NCBI GenBank assembly: GCA_049591215.1
Contig: JBAWEN010000229.1
Coordinates: 1-35,019 of the forward strand
From: Methylocystis sp.
Lineage (GTDB): Bacteria; Pseudomonadota; Alphaproteobacteria; Rhizobiales; Beijerinckiaceae
DNA: 35,019 nucleotides
Reading direction: 5' to 3'
The notes beneath the pieces were generated by a model. That model searched no databases, was not told the DNA's origin, and saw nothing but the letters and a program-made list of their open reading frames with translations. How positions within the stretch are numbered: position 1 is the first letter of the stretch; each line of letters begins with the position of its first letter. The translations under genes and the position numbers were made by a program. Of this stretch, positions 1 to 9,836 are shown in pieces.

Positions 1-674
1 TCGCCGCCGGCGCCAAGCGCGTGCTCGTCTCGGCCCCCGGCGAAGGCGCCGACATCACGGTCGTCTATGGCGTCAATCACCACAAGATCACGAAGGAGCA
101 TCTCGTCGTCTCCAACGCCTCCTGCACGACGAATTGTCTCGCGCCGGTGGCCAAGGTGCTGCACGAGGCCATCGGCATCGACAAGGGGATCATGACGACG
201 ATCCATTCCTACACTGGCGACCAGCCGACGCTCGACACGATGCACAAGGACCTTTATCGCGCCCGCGCCGCGGCGCTGTCGATGATCCCCACCTCGACCG
301 GCGCCGCCAAGGCGGTGGGTCTCGTGCTGCCGGAGCTGAACGGGCGGCTCGACGGCTACGCGATCCGCGTGCCGACTCCCAATGTCTCGGCGGTGGATTT
401 GAAGTTTGTCGCCAAGCGCGCGACGACGAAGGAAGAGGTCAACGAAGTCATCAAGGCGGCGGCGGAAGGGCCGTTGAAGGGCGTGCTCGACTATACGACC
501 GAGAAGCTGGTGTCCTGCGACTTCAACCACAACCCGGCCTCCTCGACCTTCCACATGGACCAGACCAAGGTGCTCGATGGCACGCTGGTCTCGATTCTGT
601 CGTGGTATGATAACGAATGGGGCTTTTCGGCGCGCATGACGGATACGGCCGTGGCGATCGGGAAGGTGATATAA
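1..674 (+). CDS. gap: Type I glyceraldehyde-3-phosphate dehydrogenase, 5'-truncated by the window edge
   Basis: Catalytic motif [12 protein letters not shown], plus [19 protein letters not shown] and [10 protein letters not shown]. The frame is open to the window start and pgk follows. Confidence 0.98.
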   Translation, partial: AAGAKRVLVSAPGEGADITVVYGVNHHKITKEHLVVSNASCTTNCLAPVAKVLHEAIGIDKGIMTTIHSYTGDQPTLDTMHKDLYRARAAALSMIPTSTGAAKAVGLVLPELNGRLDGYAIRVPTPNVSAVDLKFVAKRATTKEEVNEVIKAAAEGPLKGVLDYTTEKLVSCDFNHNPASSTFHMDQTKVLDGTLVSILSWYDNEWGFSARMTDTAVAIGKVI

Positions 675-748
675 CTCGATCTTCCCAGGCCTCCTTGCGC
701 TCGGCTCGGGCATTTTGATCTTCGCCATGAACTATCTGAGAAGATGAC

Positions 749-1942
749 ATGACCTCCTTCAAAACCCTCGACGACGTAAACGTCAGCGGCAAGCGCGTTC
801 TCCTGCGCGTCGATCTCAATGTGCCGATGGAGGAAGGCCGCGTATCGGACGCGACGCGCATCGAGCGCGTGCTGCCGACGATGCGGGAGATCGCCGACAA
901 GGGCGGCAAGGTGATCCTGCTCGCGCATTTTGGCCGCCCCAAGGGCGCGCCCAACGAGGAAGACTCGCTGCGCCCCGTCGCCGCGGCGGTCGAAAACCTG
1001 CTCGAGCGCCCGGTCGCGTTCGCCAGCGACTGCGTCGGCGCGCCGGCGGCGCAAGCGGTCGCCGCGATGAATGACGGCGACGTGCTGTTGCTCGAAAACA
1101 CCCGCTTCCATAAGGGCGAGGAGAAGAACGACCCCGCCTTTGTCGACGAACTCGCCGAGAACGGCGATATTTTCGTCAACGACGCCTTTTCGGCGGCGCA
1201 TCGCGCTCACGCCTCGACCGAGGGCCTGGCGCGCAAGCTGCCGGCCTTCGCCGGCCGCGCCATGCAGGCGGAACTGGAGGCGCTGAACAAGGCGCTGGGC
1301 TCCCCGGAGCGCCCGGTGCTGGCGGTGGTCGGCGGCGCCAAGATCTCAACGAAGCTCGATCTGCTCGGCAATCTCGTCGCCAAGGTGGATTACCTCGTCA
1401 TCGGCGGCGGCATGGCCAACACCTTTCTCGCCGCGCAAGGCAAGGCTGTCGGCAAGTCCCTGTGCGAGCATGATTTGCTCGACACGGCGCGGGAGATCAT
1501 GGCCAAGGCCGAGACCGCCCGTTGCCGGATCGTGCTGCCGGAGGATGTGACGGTCGCCAAAAAATTCGAGGCCCACGCGACGGCGCGTTTCGTGACGGTC
1601 GATCATGTCGGCGCCGACGACATGATCCTCGACGTCGGCCCCAAGGCCGTCGCCCATGTCGAAAGCCTGCTCGCCAAGGCCAGGACGCTGGTCTGGAACG
1701 GACCCTTCGGCGCCTTCGAGCTACCGCCCTTCGACGCGGGCACCAATGCGGTCGCGCAAACGGCCGCGCGGTTGACGCGCGAGGGCAAATTGCTCTCGGT
1801 CGCTGGCGGCGGGGACACGGTGTCGGCGCTCAACCAGGCCGGCGCGGCGGCTGATTTCACTTATGTTTCGACGGCGGGCGGGGCCTTCCTCGAATGGCTG
1901 GAGGGCAAGCCGCTGCCCGGCGTCGCGGCGCTCGCGGGGTGA
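749..1942 (+). CDS. pgk: Phosphoglycerate kinase
   Basis: [38 protein letters not shown] and [14 protein letters not shown] motifs; 397 aa; downstream of gap. Confidence 0.98.
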   Translation: MTSFKTLDDVNVSGKRVLLRVDLNVPMEEGRVSDATRIERVLPTMREIADKGGKVILLAHFGRPKGAPNEEDSLRPVAAAVENLLERPVAFASDCVGAPAAQAVAAMNDGDVLLLENTRFHKGEEKNDPAFVDELAENGDIFVNDAFSAAHRAHASTEGLARKLPAFAGRAMQAELEALNKALGSPERPVLAVVGGAKISTKLDLLGNLVAKVDYLVIGGGMANTFLAAQGKAVGKSLCEHDLLDTAREIMAKAETARCRIVLPEDVTVAKKFEAHATARFVTVDHVGADDMILDVGPKAVAHVESLLAKARTLVWNGPFGAFELPPFDAGTNAVAQTAARLTREGKLLSVAGGGDTVSALNQAGAAADFTYVSTAGGAFLEWLEGKPLPGVAALAG

Positions 1943-2191
1943 GCCGCCTTAAGACCACATCAGCTGTCGTGAATTCGCCGCGCGTGGTCATTTCCAGCCG
2001 GCCGACCAAGGCGTTTTAGACGCCCGCAAAAAACTCTCCGCTCAATAAATAGGCAGGACTGGCGTCGCCGAGATCCACGGTCGGCGATTTAGCCCGTTGG
2101 CGCATCGCAACTAAACGGGAACGCCGCGAAATCCGCGCGCTGCCGGCGCAAGGCCGAAATATTGTCTCGGCCTTGTCGCCGTGGTCGGAGC

Positions 2192-2359
2192 TTAGCTACT
2201 GAGCTGGCCGGCGACATAGCCGAAGGTGGCGCTGAGCTTGCTGCCGACCGTGGTGAAAGCGACGATCGCGGCGACAGAGATCAAGGATGCGATCAGGCCA
2301 TATTCGATAGCCGTGGCGCCCGATTCGTCCTTGATGAAGCGCGAGAACAAGTTAACCAT
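2192..2359 (-). CDS. Flp family type IVb (Tad) pilin, 55 aa (not in the ORF track)
   Basis: Hand translation MVNLFSRFIKDESG|ATAIEYGLIASLISVAAIVAFTTVGSKLSATFGYVAGQLSS*. Has the Flp prepilin signature (short leader ending in G, then ATAIEYGLIA). GGAG lies 8 nt upstream of the ATG. Confidence 0.95.
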   Translation of the reverse strand: MVNLFSRFIKDESGATAIEYGLIASLISVAAIVAFTTVGSKLSATFGYVAGQLSS

Positions 2360-2448
2360 TACTTAGCTCCGATTGTCCAGGGTCATTTGAGTTCGCCGCC
2401 GACCGATTTTTGCGTCGCCGAAACACCATGCAATTTGATGGAATCCTC

Positions 2449-2463
2449 TTAATAATCAGTTGA
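2449..2463. promoter_or_regulatory. Putative CtrA binding site upstream of the flp pilin
   Basis: TTAA-taatcag-TTGA, one mismatch to the CtrA consensus TTAA-N7-TTAA, about 90 bp upstream of the pilin ATG. Caulobacter pilA is CtrA-controlled. Confidence 0.5.
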
Positions 2464-2693
2464 TAAAGCCGAAAGGTCCCCGCTTTTTTTAGAGGAGTCT
2501 TAGCCATGGTCGAAGCGCAATTCACAGGCGTCGTCTCGAGAGCCATGGCTTTCGGATAAGGTCGCGCATTCAAGACGCGCTCGCGCCGCTCAGGTGATTT
2601 AGCCGCATTGGGTTGGATTTGCTTAACCCTTGGACAGTTGGCGATGGCGGCGCCGAATAATTGGTCCTTCGCGGGGCTCGGCTTCGTGTTATA

Positions 2694-2709
2694 AGCAAGA
2701 AACAGGCCG
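2694..2709 (-). promoter_or_regulatory. Sigma-54 -24/-12 site on the strand opposite rpoN
   Basis: The minus strand reads CGGCCTG-TTTC-TTGCT, matching TGGCACG-N4-TTGCW with the invariant GG and GC intact. It lies about 45 bp before the rpoN ATG. Confidence 0.6.
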
Positions 2710-2751
2710 CGCCGCGGCCGTGATGGCGTCCTGTATGCGTGGATCGGCTAA

Positions 2752-4329
2752 ATGGCGATTTCCAACAGATTGGTGATGCGGCAGGGCCAGGCCCTGGTGA
2801 TGACGCCGCAATTGTTGCAGGCGATCAAGCTGCTGCAATTCTCGAATATCGAGCTGTCATCCTTTCTCAGCGACGAATTGGAGCGCAATCCGCTGCTCGA
2901 AGCGGATGGAGCGGATTCGATCCCTTCGGAGCGAAGCGTCGCCCTGGAAGGGGAAGCGCGCGGCGTCGGCGACGACGCGCCCGAGGCCTTCGAGGGGCCG
3001 CGCGAAGGCGACTGGGCGGGGGAGGGACTATCGATCGATTCGGCCAGCCTGTCGGCCGAACTGGGCACTGAAATTTCCAACGCCTTCGAGCCGGACGGGC
3101 CGGGCGTCTCGCCAGCGGGCCCCGTCGAGGCGATGGAAGGGGCGGGGCTTTCCGCCACTTCGTGGAATGGCGCCGCGGGCGGCGGCGGCTCGGACGGCGA
3201 GGCGCCTAATCTCGAGGCGTACGTCGCCGCGCAGAAGGGCTTGCACGAATTTTTGGCCGACCAATTGGCGCTCTGTTGCGCTGGCGCGCGCCAGCGCTTC
3301 ATCGGCCGGGCGATCATCGACGCCATCGACGAGACCGGCTATTTGCGCGAATCGGTCGAGGACATCGCGGACCGGCTGGGCGCGTCCGCGGCGGAGACCG
3401 CGGCGGTTCTCGCCATCGTCCAGACCCTCGATCCGTCCGGCGTCGGCGCGCGCGATCTCGCCGAATGCCTGGCGATTCAATTGCGCGAGCGCGACCGATT
3501 TGATCCGGCGATGGAGATTTTCGTCGCCAATCTTCCGCTGGTCGCCAAGCGCGATTTCACGCAGCTTTCGAAACTGTGCGGGGTCGACGATGAGGACATC
3601 CTCGATATGGCCGCCGAATTGCGCCGGCTCGATCCCAAGCCCGGCCGCGCCTTCGGCGACCCGCCGACGCAGACGTTGGTCGCCGATGTGATCGTGCGCG
3701 CGGCCGGCGATGGCTCCTGGCTTGTGGAGTTGAACTCCGACGCCCTGCCGCGCGTGCTGCTCAACCACACATACGCGGCGAAGGTCAGCGCCCATGCGAA
3801 GGGCGACGCCGACAAGAGCTTCATCTCCACCTGCATGCAGAACGCCAACTGGCTGCTGAAGAGCCTCGAACAGCGCCAGCGCACGATTCTGAAGGTGGCC
3901 TCCGAAATCGTGCGGCTGCAGGACGCTTTCCTCGCCCATGGCGTCGAGCATCTGCGCCCGCTTAATCTGCGCACCATAGCCGACGCGATCGGCATGCATG
4001 AGTCCACCGTCTCGCGCGTCACATCGAACAAATATATGATGACGCCGCGCGGCATGTTCGAACTCAAATATTTCTTCTCCGCCTCGATCGCGACGACGAG
4101 CGGCGCCGCCGCCCATTCCGCCGAATCGGTGCGCTTCAAGATCAAGCAGATGATCGACAGGGAAAGCGTCGACGACATTCTGTCCGACGACGCCATAGTG
4201 GCGCGTCTCAAGACGGTCGATATAGAGATCGCGCGCCGCACCGTCGCCAAATACCGCGACAGTTTGCGTATTCCCTCCTCGGTCGACCGCCGGCGCGAAA
4301 AAATTTCCGCGCAGCGCGAACATGCGTAG
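2752..4329 (+). CDS. rpoN: RNA polymerase sigma-54 factor
   Basis: N-terminal Q/L-rich region I (MTPQLLQAIKLLQ), HESTVSRVT helix-turn-helix, RpoN box ARRTVAKYR. Confidence 0.98.
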   Translation: MAISNRLVMRQGQALVMTPQLLQAIKLLQFSNIELSSFLSDELERNPLLEADGADSIPSERSVALEGEARGVGDDAPEAFEGPREGDWAGEGLSIDSASLSAELGTEISNAFEPDGPGVSPAGPVEAMEGAGLSATSWNGAAGGGGSDGEAPNLEAYVAAQKGLHEFLADQLALCCAGARQRFIGRAIIDAIDETGYLRESVEDIADRLGASAAETAAVLAIVQTLDPSGVGARDLAECLAIQLRERDRFDPAMEIFVANLPLVAKRDFTQLSKLCGVDDEDILDMAAELRRLDPKPGRAFGDPPTQTLVADVIVRAAGDGSWLVELNSDALPRVLLNHTYAAKVSAHAKGDADKSFISTCMQNANWLLKSLEQRQRTILKVASEIVRLQDAFLAHGVEHLRPLNLRTIADAIGMHESTVSRVTSNKYMMTPRGMFELKYFFSASIATTSGAAAHSAESVRFKIKQMIDRESVDDILSDDAIVARLKTVDIEIARRTVAKYRDSLRIPSSVDRRREKISAQREHA

Positions 4330-4675
4330 CGAAGCTTGGGCATATTGACGCGCGAGCGGGCGCCCATTGACTTCGGAGACGGACAATCTTATCGCTGCGA
4401 GTGATTAACGCCGCTGGAACCGCGTCGATCCCTGCGCTGTCGCGCGGAGAGCTTTTCATTTGGCGTGATCCCGTCCTCGCGGCTGTGCGGCCCGCGTCGG
4501 TAGGAGTCGAACAGGCAGATGCGTCTTGGCCGATTAACGCGACGAGAATTCTCCACCTAAGCCAGTCTGGCCGCGCCATATGCGACCGACGGGGCGCGGC
4601 GCGCGTCAGGCGCGCAAGGCAAACATCCGGCTGGCGCGAAAGTCGGCGGATATGAACTCAGGACGGAAATAAAGC

Positions 4676-5242
4676 ATGACGTTGCGGGTTTCAGGCAAAA
4701 ACATCAATATTGGCGAAGCGTTGCGCACTCATGTGACGGACAGGCTTAACGCGTTGACCGGCAAATATTTCGACGGCGCCGTCACCGGCCATGTCACGAT
4801 CTCTCCCGAGGGAGCGGGGTTTCGCGCCGATTGCAGCCTGCACCTGACCTCGGGGATGCTGTTGCAGGCGGACGGCCGCGCGCAGGATCCCTACGCCGCC
4901 TTCGATCAATCGGCCGAACGAATCGATAAGCGCTTGCGCCGTTACAAGAGCCGGCTGAAGAGCCATCACGATCACGACGCCGCCAAGGCCGAGACGGTGG
5001 CGAGCTATGTGCTCGAAGCTCCGGATCAAGAGCAGGAGGCGCCGACGGAGTTCAACGCCGCGGTGATCGCCGAATCGACGACGCAATTACGCCGCCGTTC
5101 GGTGTCACAAGCCGTGCTGGATCTCGATCTTTCCGGCGCGCCCATTTGCGTCTTTCGCCATGCGTCGACCGGACGCGTCAACGTCGTCTATCGCAGGGCG
5201 GATCAAAACATCGGCTGGATCGACACGCCGGAAGGCGCGTAG
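4676..5242 (+). CDS. hpf: Ribosome hibernation promoting factor / sigma-54 modulation protein (long HPF)
   Basis: MTLRVSGKNINIGEALR..., KRLRRYKSRLKSHH, and C-terminal VNVVYRRADQNIGWID; canonical position after rpoN. Confidence 0.93.
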   Translation: MTLRVSGKNINIGEALRTHVTDRLNALTGKYFDGAVTGHVTISPEGAGFRADCSLHLTSGMLLQADGRAQDPYAAFDQSAERIDKRLRRYKSRLKSHHDHDAAKAETVASYVLEAPDQEQEAPTEFNAAVIAESTTQLRRRSVSQAVLDLDLSGAPICVFRHASTGRVNVVYRRADQNIGWIDTPEGA

Positions 5243-5407
5243 ATTTGGGTCAGAGCAGGCATAAATATTGCCACGGTGATGGCGACGGACGGGCCGTCCC
5301 ATGGAAGTTAGTGATCGCGACGCCTCGCCGCGATTACGGTGCGCGGTCGCCCAGCGAACGCTGACCGTGTGTTATGATGATGAAGTCGTGAACGGGATTG
5401 TCGGCAC

Positions 5408-5872
5408 ATGCGGCTTACTGATTTGCTCACGCCTGAGGCGGTTATCTCCTCCCTCAAAGCCACATCAAAGAAACAGGCGCTGCTCGAATTGAGCGAAAAA
5501 GCGGCGGAACTCTCGGGGCTCGCGGCTCGGGAAATTTTCGACGCGCTTTTGCAACGCGAGCGTCTGGGGTCGACGGGGATCGGCGACGGTGTCGCGATTC
5601 CCCACGGCAAATTGATGAAGCTCAAGAACATATTCGGAATTTTCGCGCGACTCGAGCGCCCTATCGACTTCGAGGCGCTGGACGGCGCTCCGGTCGATCT
5701 GATTTTCCTTTTAATCACGCCGGAAAGCTCCGGCGCGGACCATTTGAAGGCGCTCGCCTGCGCCGCGCGGGTGTTGCGCGACCCGTCGATGGTCGCGACA
5801 ATCCGCGCGACGCGCGACGCCGGCGCGTTATATTCTCTGCTCGCGCAACGCTCGCAGCCCCACGCGGCCTAG
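5408..5872 (+). CDS. ptsN: PTS IIA-like nitrogen regulatory protein EIIA(Ntr)
   Basis: RERLGSTGIGDGVAIPHG (phospho-His) and DHLKALA; rpoN-hpf-ptsN synteny. Confidence 0.96.
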   Translation: MRLTDLLTPEAVISSLKATSKKQALLELSEKAAELSGLAAREIFDALLQRERLGSTGIGDGVAIPHGKLMKLKNIFGIFARLERPIDFEALDGAPVDLIFLLITPESSGADHLKALACAARVLRDPSMVATIRATRDAGALYSLLAQRSQPHAA

Positions 5873-5920
5873 GTCCGCCGCGATGGGCGGCGCGCTCCTC
5901 TCGCGAGAAGGCGGCTCCGT

Positions 5921-6205
5921 TCAGTTGGTCGTGGCGCGCTTCGCCGATCCGACATGCGAAGCGTGTCCGCCCTTGCGACCGGCTTCCGAAGCGAGCGCGT
6001 GATCCCGAGAAAAGCTGCGCTTGTCGGGATTGACGCTCTGCCCCCCCTTGCGCCCGGCCTTGGCGGCCAGTTCCGGGTTTTGCGAAAAACTGCGCTTTTC
6101 GTCAGGAACGCTCTGCCCGCCCTTGCGCGCAATCAGCTTCTGCTTTTCCGGATCCATCGAGGCGAAGCCGCGGTTGGATTTACGTGGTTGCTGGCTTGTC
6201 GTCAT
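5921..6205 (-). CDS. KGG-repeat general stress protein (YciG/GsiB-like), 94 aa
   Basis: RGFASMDPEKQKLIARKGG followed by two RSFS...LA..AGRKGG repeats. ATG at 6205 is preceded by GGGAGAG; gene is next to phyR. Confidence 0.9.
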   Translation of the reverse strand: MTTSQQPRKSNRGFASMDPEKQKLIARKGGQSVPDEKRSFSQNPELAAKAGRKGGQSVNPDKRSFSRDHALASEAGRKGGHASHVGSAKRATTN

Positions 6206-6337
6206 CGCTTCTCTCCCTGCGCGCCGACGCCGTTGCTCTTTGAGCAACGGGCATGGCTGGACGCGTAGAGAATTGCCGCTTGCGCGCCTCGCCAAGACGA
6301 CGCCGCTCAAGGGCGCCGACGCCTTACACATATGGAT

Positions 6338-6362
6338 AACGCTCGCGCTAAGACAAAGTTGC
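6338..6362 (-). promoter_or_regulatory. EcfG (sigma-T)-type promoter for the KGG-repeat gene
   Basis: The minus strand reads GCAAC-N16-CGTT, versus the consensus GGAAC-N16/17-CGTT, about 130 bp upstream of the ATG. Confidence 0.7.
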
Positions 6363-6439
6363 GGTCAATACGAGATAAGTGTCGCATTTTCGCTGTTTTC
6401 ATCACTATGTCTTGAAAAAATTGAGGTTTGCCCCACCGC

Positions 6440-7261
6440 TCAGGCGCGCCCGGCCGGACGCGAACGCCGATCGAAAAACAGCGCCTGGCTGATGACGGCC
6501 TTGAGCGCCTCCACGGCGAACGGCTTGGCGAGCAGAAAAGCCGGCTCGGGCGCTTCGCCGAGAAGGAAACGCTCGGGATAAGCGGTGATGAAAATCACCG
6601 GAATCGACACGGCGTCGAGTATCTCATTGACGGCCTCCAGCCCGGAGCTTCCGTCGGCGAGTTGAATGTCGGCCAGGATCAATCCGGGCGTCCCCCGCTC
6701 CATCGCGTTCACCGCTTCCGCATGCGTGCGCGTCAGCGCGACGACGTGATGGCCGAGTTCCTCCACCACCTCCCGCAGATCGTCCGCGATCAGCGGCTCG
6801 TCCTCGATTATCAGCACGTCGGTCGCGATTTGATTGGAGATTTCGCTGTTGGCGGCCTCGATCAGCACGCTCGCCTCCTGCGCGGAGACGTCGAGCGTGC
6901 GCGCCACTTCATCGACGTCGAATCCTTCTAGCGCGTTGAGCAGAAATGCGATGCGCGGTCGGATCGAGATCGCGTCGAGATTGCGCCTCGCGCCCTGATC
7001 GAGATCGCCGGGCTCGTTCGAATCCGTGTGGGCGTTAATCGGCGCCGCAGCCCAAATATCGAGTAAAAGCCTGTACAGAACGATTTTTGTATTATCGCCG
7101 GGGCGCAGCCGCGTTTTCCCGGATTTGTCGTTCTGGTCCGCGACGAGCGTTTCCAGCGCCGCCAGGGCGTAGGCGTCCCCCCCGGCGCGGCTGCCGGTCA
7201 GCGCCCGCGAGAACCGCCGCAAATAGGGAATGTAACGACCCACTTCTTGTGATATAGACAT
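6440..7261 (-). CDS. phyR: PhyR anti-anti-sigma response regulator
   Basis: N-terminal ECF sigma-like domain (IPYLRRFSRALTGS) fused to a C-terminal receiver domain (VLIIEDEPLIA, LADIQLADGSSG, FITAYPE, KPF); divergent from nepR-ecfG. Confidence 0.95.
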   Translation of the reverse strand: MSISQEVGRYIPYLRRFSRALTGSRAGGDAYALAALETLVADQNDKSGKTRLRPGDNTKIVLYRLLLDIWAAAPINAHTDSNEPGDLDQGARRNLDAISIRPRIAFLLNALEGFDVDEVARTLDVSAQEASVLIEAANSEISNQIATDVLIIEDEPLIADDLREVVEELGHHVVALTRTHAEAVNAMERGTPGLILADIQLADGSSGLEAVNEILDAVSIPVIFITAYPERFLLGEAPEPAFLLAKPFAVEALKAVISQALFFDRRSRPAGRA

Positions 7262-7333
7262 TCCGCACGCTCCAGAGCGCCTTCATCCAGAGTCGCCAAC
7301 GCATTCCGCGACAAATGGGCCCATTTTTTATTT

Positions 7334-7358
7334 GGAACCAATCGCTTGAACCTGCGTT
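7334..7358 (+). promoter_or_regulatory. EcfG-dependent promoter of nepR-ecfG
   Basis: Exact GGAAC-N16-CGTT match. Confidence 0.85.
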
Positions 7359-7576
7359 CACTCCTAGTCGGCCCAGCTAGTATAACCCGACGGCGGGCCG
7401 TCGCCAAAAAAATGATGCGCCTTAGCTACGAGGAGCCCATGGTTAATAAAACACGCAACAATCCCTCAAGAAGCGTTGTCGTAGGCCCAGGTCACAAAGA
7501 ACACTCCGCCGACAACGAGCTTTTGGGAAAAGTTTTCGTGCGTAGGGAGAGTGGTCGCCGCCAGAATTTGGCGCTG

Positions 7577-7804
7577 ATGGAGCGAACTGGCTCCGCCAAA
7601 TTCTCGGATTGTAGCGAGGGCGTCCCGCCCCGGGGCGCCGCGGCTAGCCTGCTCGGGGAGCATATTGGTAGAGAGTTGCGTGGGCTTTATGCCGAGGTGG
7701 TCGCTCAGCCTGTGCCGGATCGATTCCTCGAGCTATTGAACAAGCTGGAAGCCGGGCCGATATGTTTGGAGGAGGGAACTCCAAAGCCCGAGGGGATGGA
7801 TTGA
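7577..7804 (+). CDS. nepR: NepR anti-sigma factor (start uncertain; in-frame alternative ATG at 7439)
   Basis: HIGRELRGLYAEVVAQPVPDRFLELLNKLE NepR core; located between phyR and the ECF sigma gene. Confidence 0.88.
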   Translation: MERTGSAKFSDCSEGVPPRGAAASLLGEHIGRELRGLYAEVVAQPVPDRFLELLNKLEAGPICLEEGTPKPEGMD

Positions 7805-8355
7805 CGAAGGAAGAGGGTTCCGGCGGAACGGGGATGAAAGCGGATCTCGTTTCCGCCATCCCCGGTCTGCGGGCTTTCGCGGTTTCATTATGCGGAAACT
7901 CTGATCGGGCGGATGACCTCGTCCAGGAGACCTTGGTCAAGGCGTGGGTGGGAATGAACTCCTTCACGGAGGGCACTAATTTCACCGCCTGGCTCTTCAC
8001 AATTTTGCGAAACATACACTACAGCGACTACCGCAAGCGACGGCGGGAGACCGCCGACCCGGATGGCCTCATGGCGGCGCGCATGGTCACGCCGGCCCCG
8101 CAGCCGGGGCACATGGATTTCCTCGATTTTCACGCGGCGTTGCAAAAGCTGCCGCTCGATCAGCGCGAGGCGCTCATTTTGATTGGCGCGTCCGGACTTT
8201 CCTACGACGAGGCGGCTACGATCTGCGGTTGCGCGCCCGGCACGATGAAGAGCCGCGTCAACCGCGCGCGCAATCGGCTCGCGGAACTGCTGGCGCTGGA
8301 CGTGGCGCGCGTCGGGGAGGGCGACTTCGCCAAGGCCCGCGCCGACGTGGATTGA
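7801..8355 (+). CDS. ecfG: ECF sigma factor EcfG/SigT (start TTG 7801 overlapping the nepR stop, or ATG 7834)
   Basis: [50 protein letters not shown]; phyR-nepR synteny. Confidence 0.92.
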   Translation: MTKEEGSGGTGMKADLVSAIPGLRAFAVSLCGNSDRADDLVQETLVKAWVGMNSFTEGTNFTAWLFTILRNIHYSDYRKRRRETADPDGLMAARMVTPAPQPGHMDFLDFHAALQKLPLDQREALILIGASGLSYDEAATICGCAPGTMKSRVNRARNRLAELLALDVARVGEGDFAKARADVD

Positions 8356-8416
8356 AGCGCGGCGCGAAATGCCTCATAGGTTTTGCTCGCAACCTCCCCT
8401 TAAATGTTTCGCGAGC

Positions 8417-9826
8417 ATGAAGCCGATGACGACCGACGACTACCGTTTAGAGCGCGACTCCTTTGGCGACATCGCCGTTCCCGCGAGCGCCTATTGGGGC
8501 GCCCAGACGCAGCGCTCGCTGGAGAATTTCCCCATCAGGGGACAGCGCATGCCGATCCAGGTCATTCATGCGCTGGCGCGGGTCAAGCGCGCCGCCGCGC
8601 AAGTGAACGCGGCCAAGGGGCTGATCAAACCGGATATCGCGCGGGCCATCGTCACGGCGGCCGACGAGGTGATTGCCGGCAAGCTCGACGATCAGTTCCC
8701 GCTGGTCGTCTGGCAGACGGGCTCCGGCACGCAGTCCAACATGAATGTCAACGAGGTGATCGCCAACCGCGCCAATGAACGGCTCGGGGCCCCGCGCGGC
8801 GCCAAGGAGCCGGTGCACCCCAACGATCACGTCAATTACGGCCAGTCGTCGAACGATTGCTTTCCGACCGCCATTCACATCGCCGGCGCGCTGGCGCTCT
8901 CTGGCAAGCTGCTGCTTTCGGTGTGGCGGCTGCATGCGGCGCTGGACGCCAAGTCCAAAGCCTTCGACAAAATCGTGAAAATTGGCCGCACCCATTTGCA
9001 GGACGCGACGCCGGTCACGCTCGGCCAGGAATTTTCCGGGTATGCCGCGCAAGCGGGCTACGCCGCCGCGCGGCTGGAAAAGGTTCTGCCCGATCTGCTG
9101 GCGCTGGCGCAGGGCGGCACGGCGGTCGGCACCGGCCTCAACACGGCGGTGGGTTTCGCCGAGGAGGTCGCCGCCGATATCGCGCAGCAGACGGGCCTGC
9201 CCTTCGTCACCGCGCCCAATAAATTCGAGGCGCTGGCCGCGCATGACGCGATCGTCTTCGCGCATGGCGCGATCAACGCGCTGGCGACCGGACTCTATAA
9301 GATCGCCAGCGATATCCGCTTGATGGGCTGCGGCCCGCGCGCCGGTTTCGCCGAGCTGAAACTGCCGGAGAACGAGCCGGGATCCTCGATCATGCCGGGC
9401 AAGGTCAATCCGACCCAGGTCGAGGCGATCACGATGATCTGCGCGCGGGTGTTTGGCAATCATGCGACGATCAGTTTTTCGGCGACGCAGGGCCATCTTG
9501 AATTGAATGTGATGAAGCCGGTGATCGCCTTCGCGCTGCTGGAGTCGATCGATCTGCTGGCCGAAGGGATCGACAGTTTCGTGCTGCGCTGCCTCGACGG
9601 GATCGAGCCCGACACCGCCAATATCGCGCGCTTCCTGGAGCGGTCGCTGATGCTGGTGACGGCGCTGGCGCCCAAGATCGGCTATGACGCGGCGAGCAAA
9701 ATCGCCCGCGCCGCGCATAAAAGCGGCACGAGCCTGAAAGAAGAGGCGCTGGCCAGCGGCAAGGTGACGCAAGCCGAGTTCGACGTCATCGTGCGGCCGG
9801 AGAAGATGCTGGCGCCGGAGGGGTGA
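8417..9826 (+). CDS. fumC: Class II fumarate hydratase
   Basis: [30 protein letters not shown] and the signature [13 protein letters not shown]. Start at 8417 or 8426. Confidence 0.97.
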   Translation: MKPMTTDDYRLERDSFGDIAVPASAYWGAQTQRSLENFPIRGQRMPIQVIHALARVKRAAAQVNAAKGLIKPDIARAIVTAADEVIAGKLDDQFPLVVWQTGSGTQSNMNVNEVIANRANERLGAPRGAKEPVHPNDHVNYGQSSNDCFPTAIHIAGALALSGKLLLSVWRLHAALDAKSKAFDKIVKIGRTHLQDATPVTLGQEFSGYAAQAGYAAARLEKVLPDLLALAQGGTAVGTGLNTAVGFAEEVAADIAQQTGLPFVTAPNKFEALAAHDAIVFAHGAINALATGLYKIASDIRLMGCGPRAGFAELKLPENEPGSSIMPGKVNPTQVEAITMICARVFGNHATISFSATQGHLELNVMKPVIAFALLESIDLLAEGIDSFVLRCLDGIEPDTANIARFLERSLMLVTALAPKIGYDAASKIARAAHKSGTSLKEEALASGKVTQAEFDVIVRPEKMLAPEG

Positions 9827-9836
9827 GCGGCGCCCG

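Noticed and set aside
2162..2452. 96-aa plus-strand ORF
   Set aside because: It is the antisense shadow of the Flp pilin, which has a clear family signature.
4632..4647. TGGCGCG-AAAG-TCGGC as a sigma-54 promoter for hpf
   Set aside because: GG-to-GC spacing is off by one and the -12 element is poor.
7298..7322. Minus-strand GGGCC-N16-CGTT as an EcfG promoter for phyR
   Set aside because: The -35 element matches only 3/5 and lacks the key AAC; plausible by position but not supportable.
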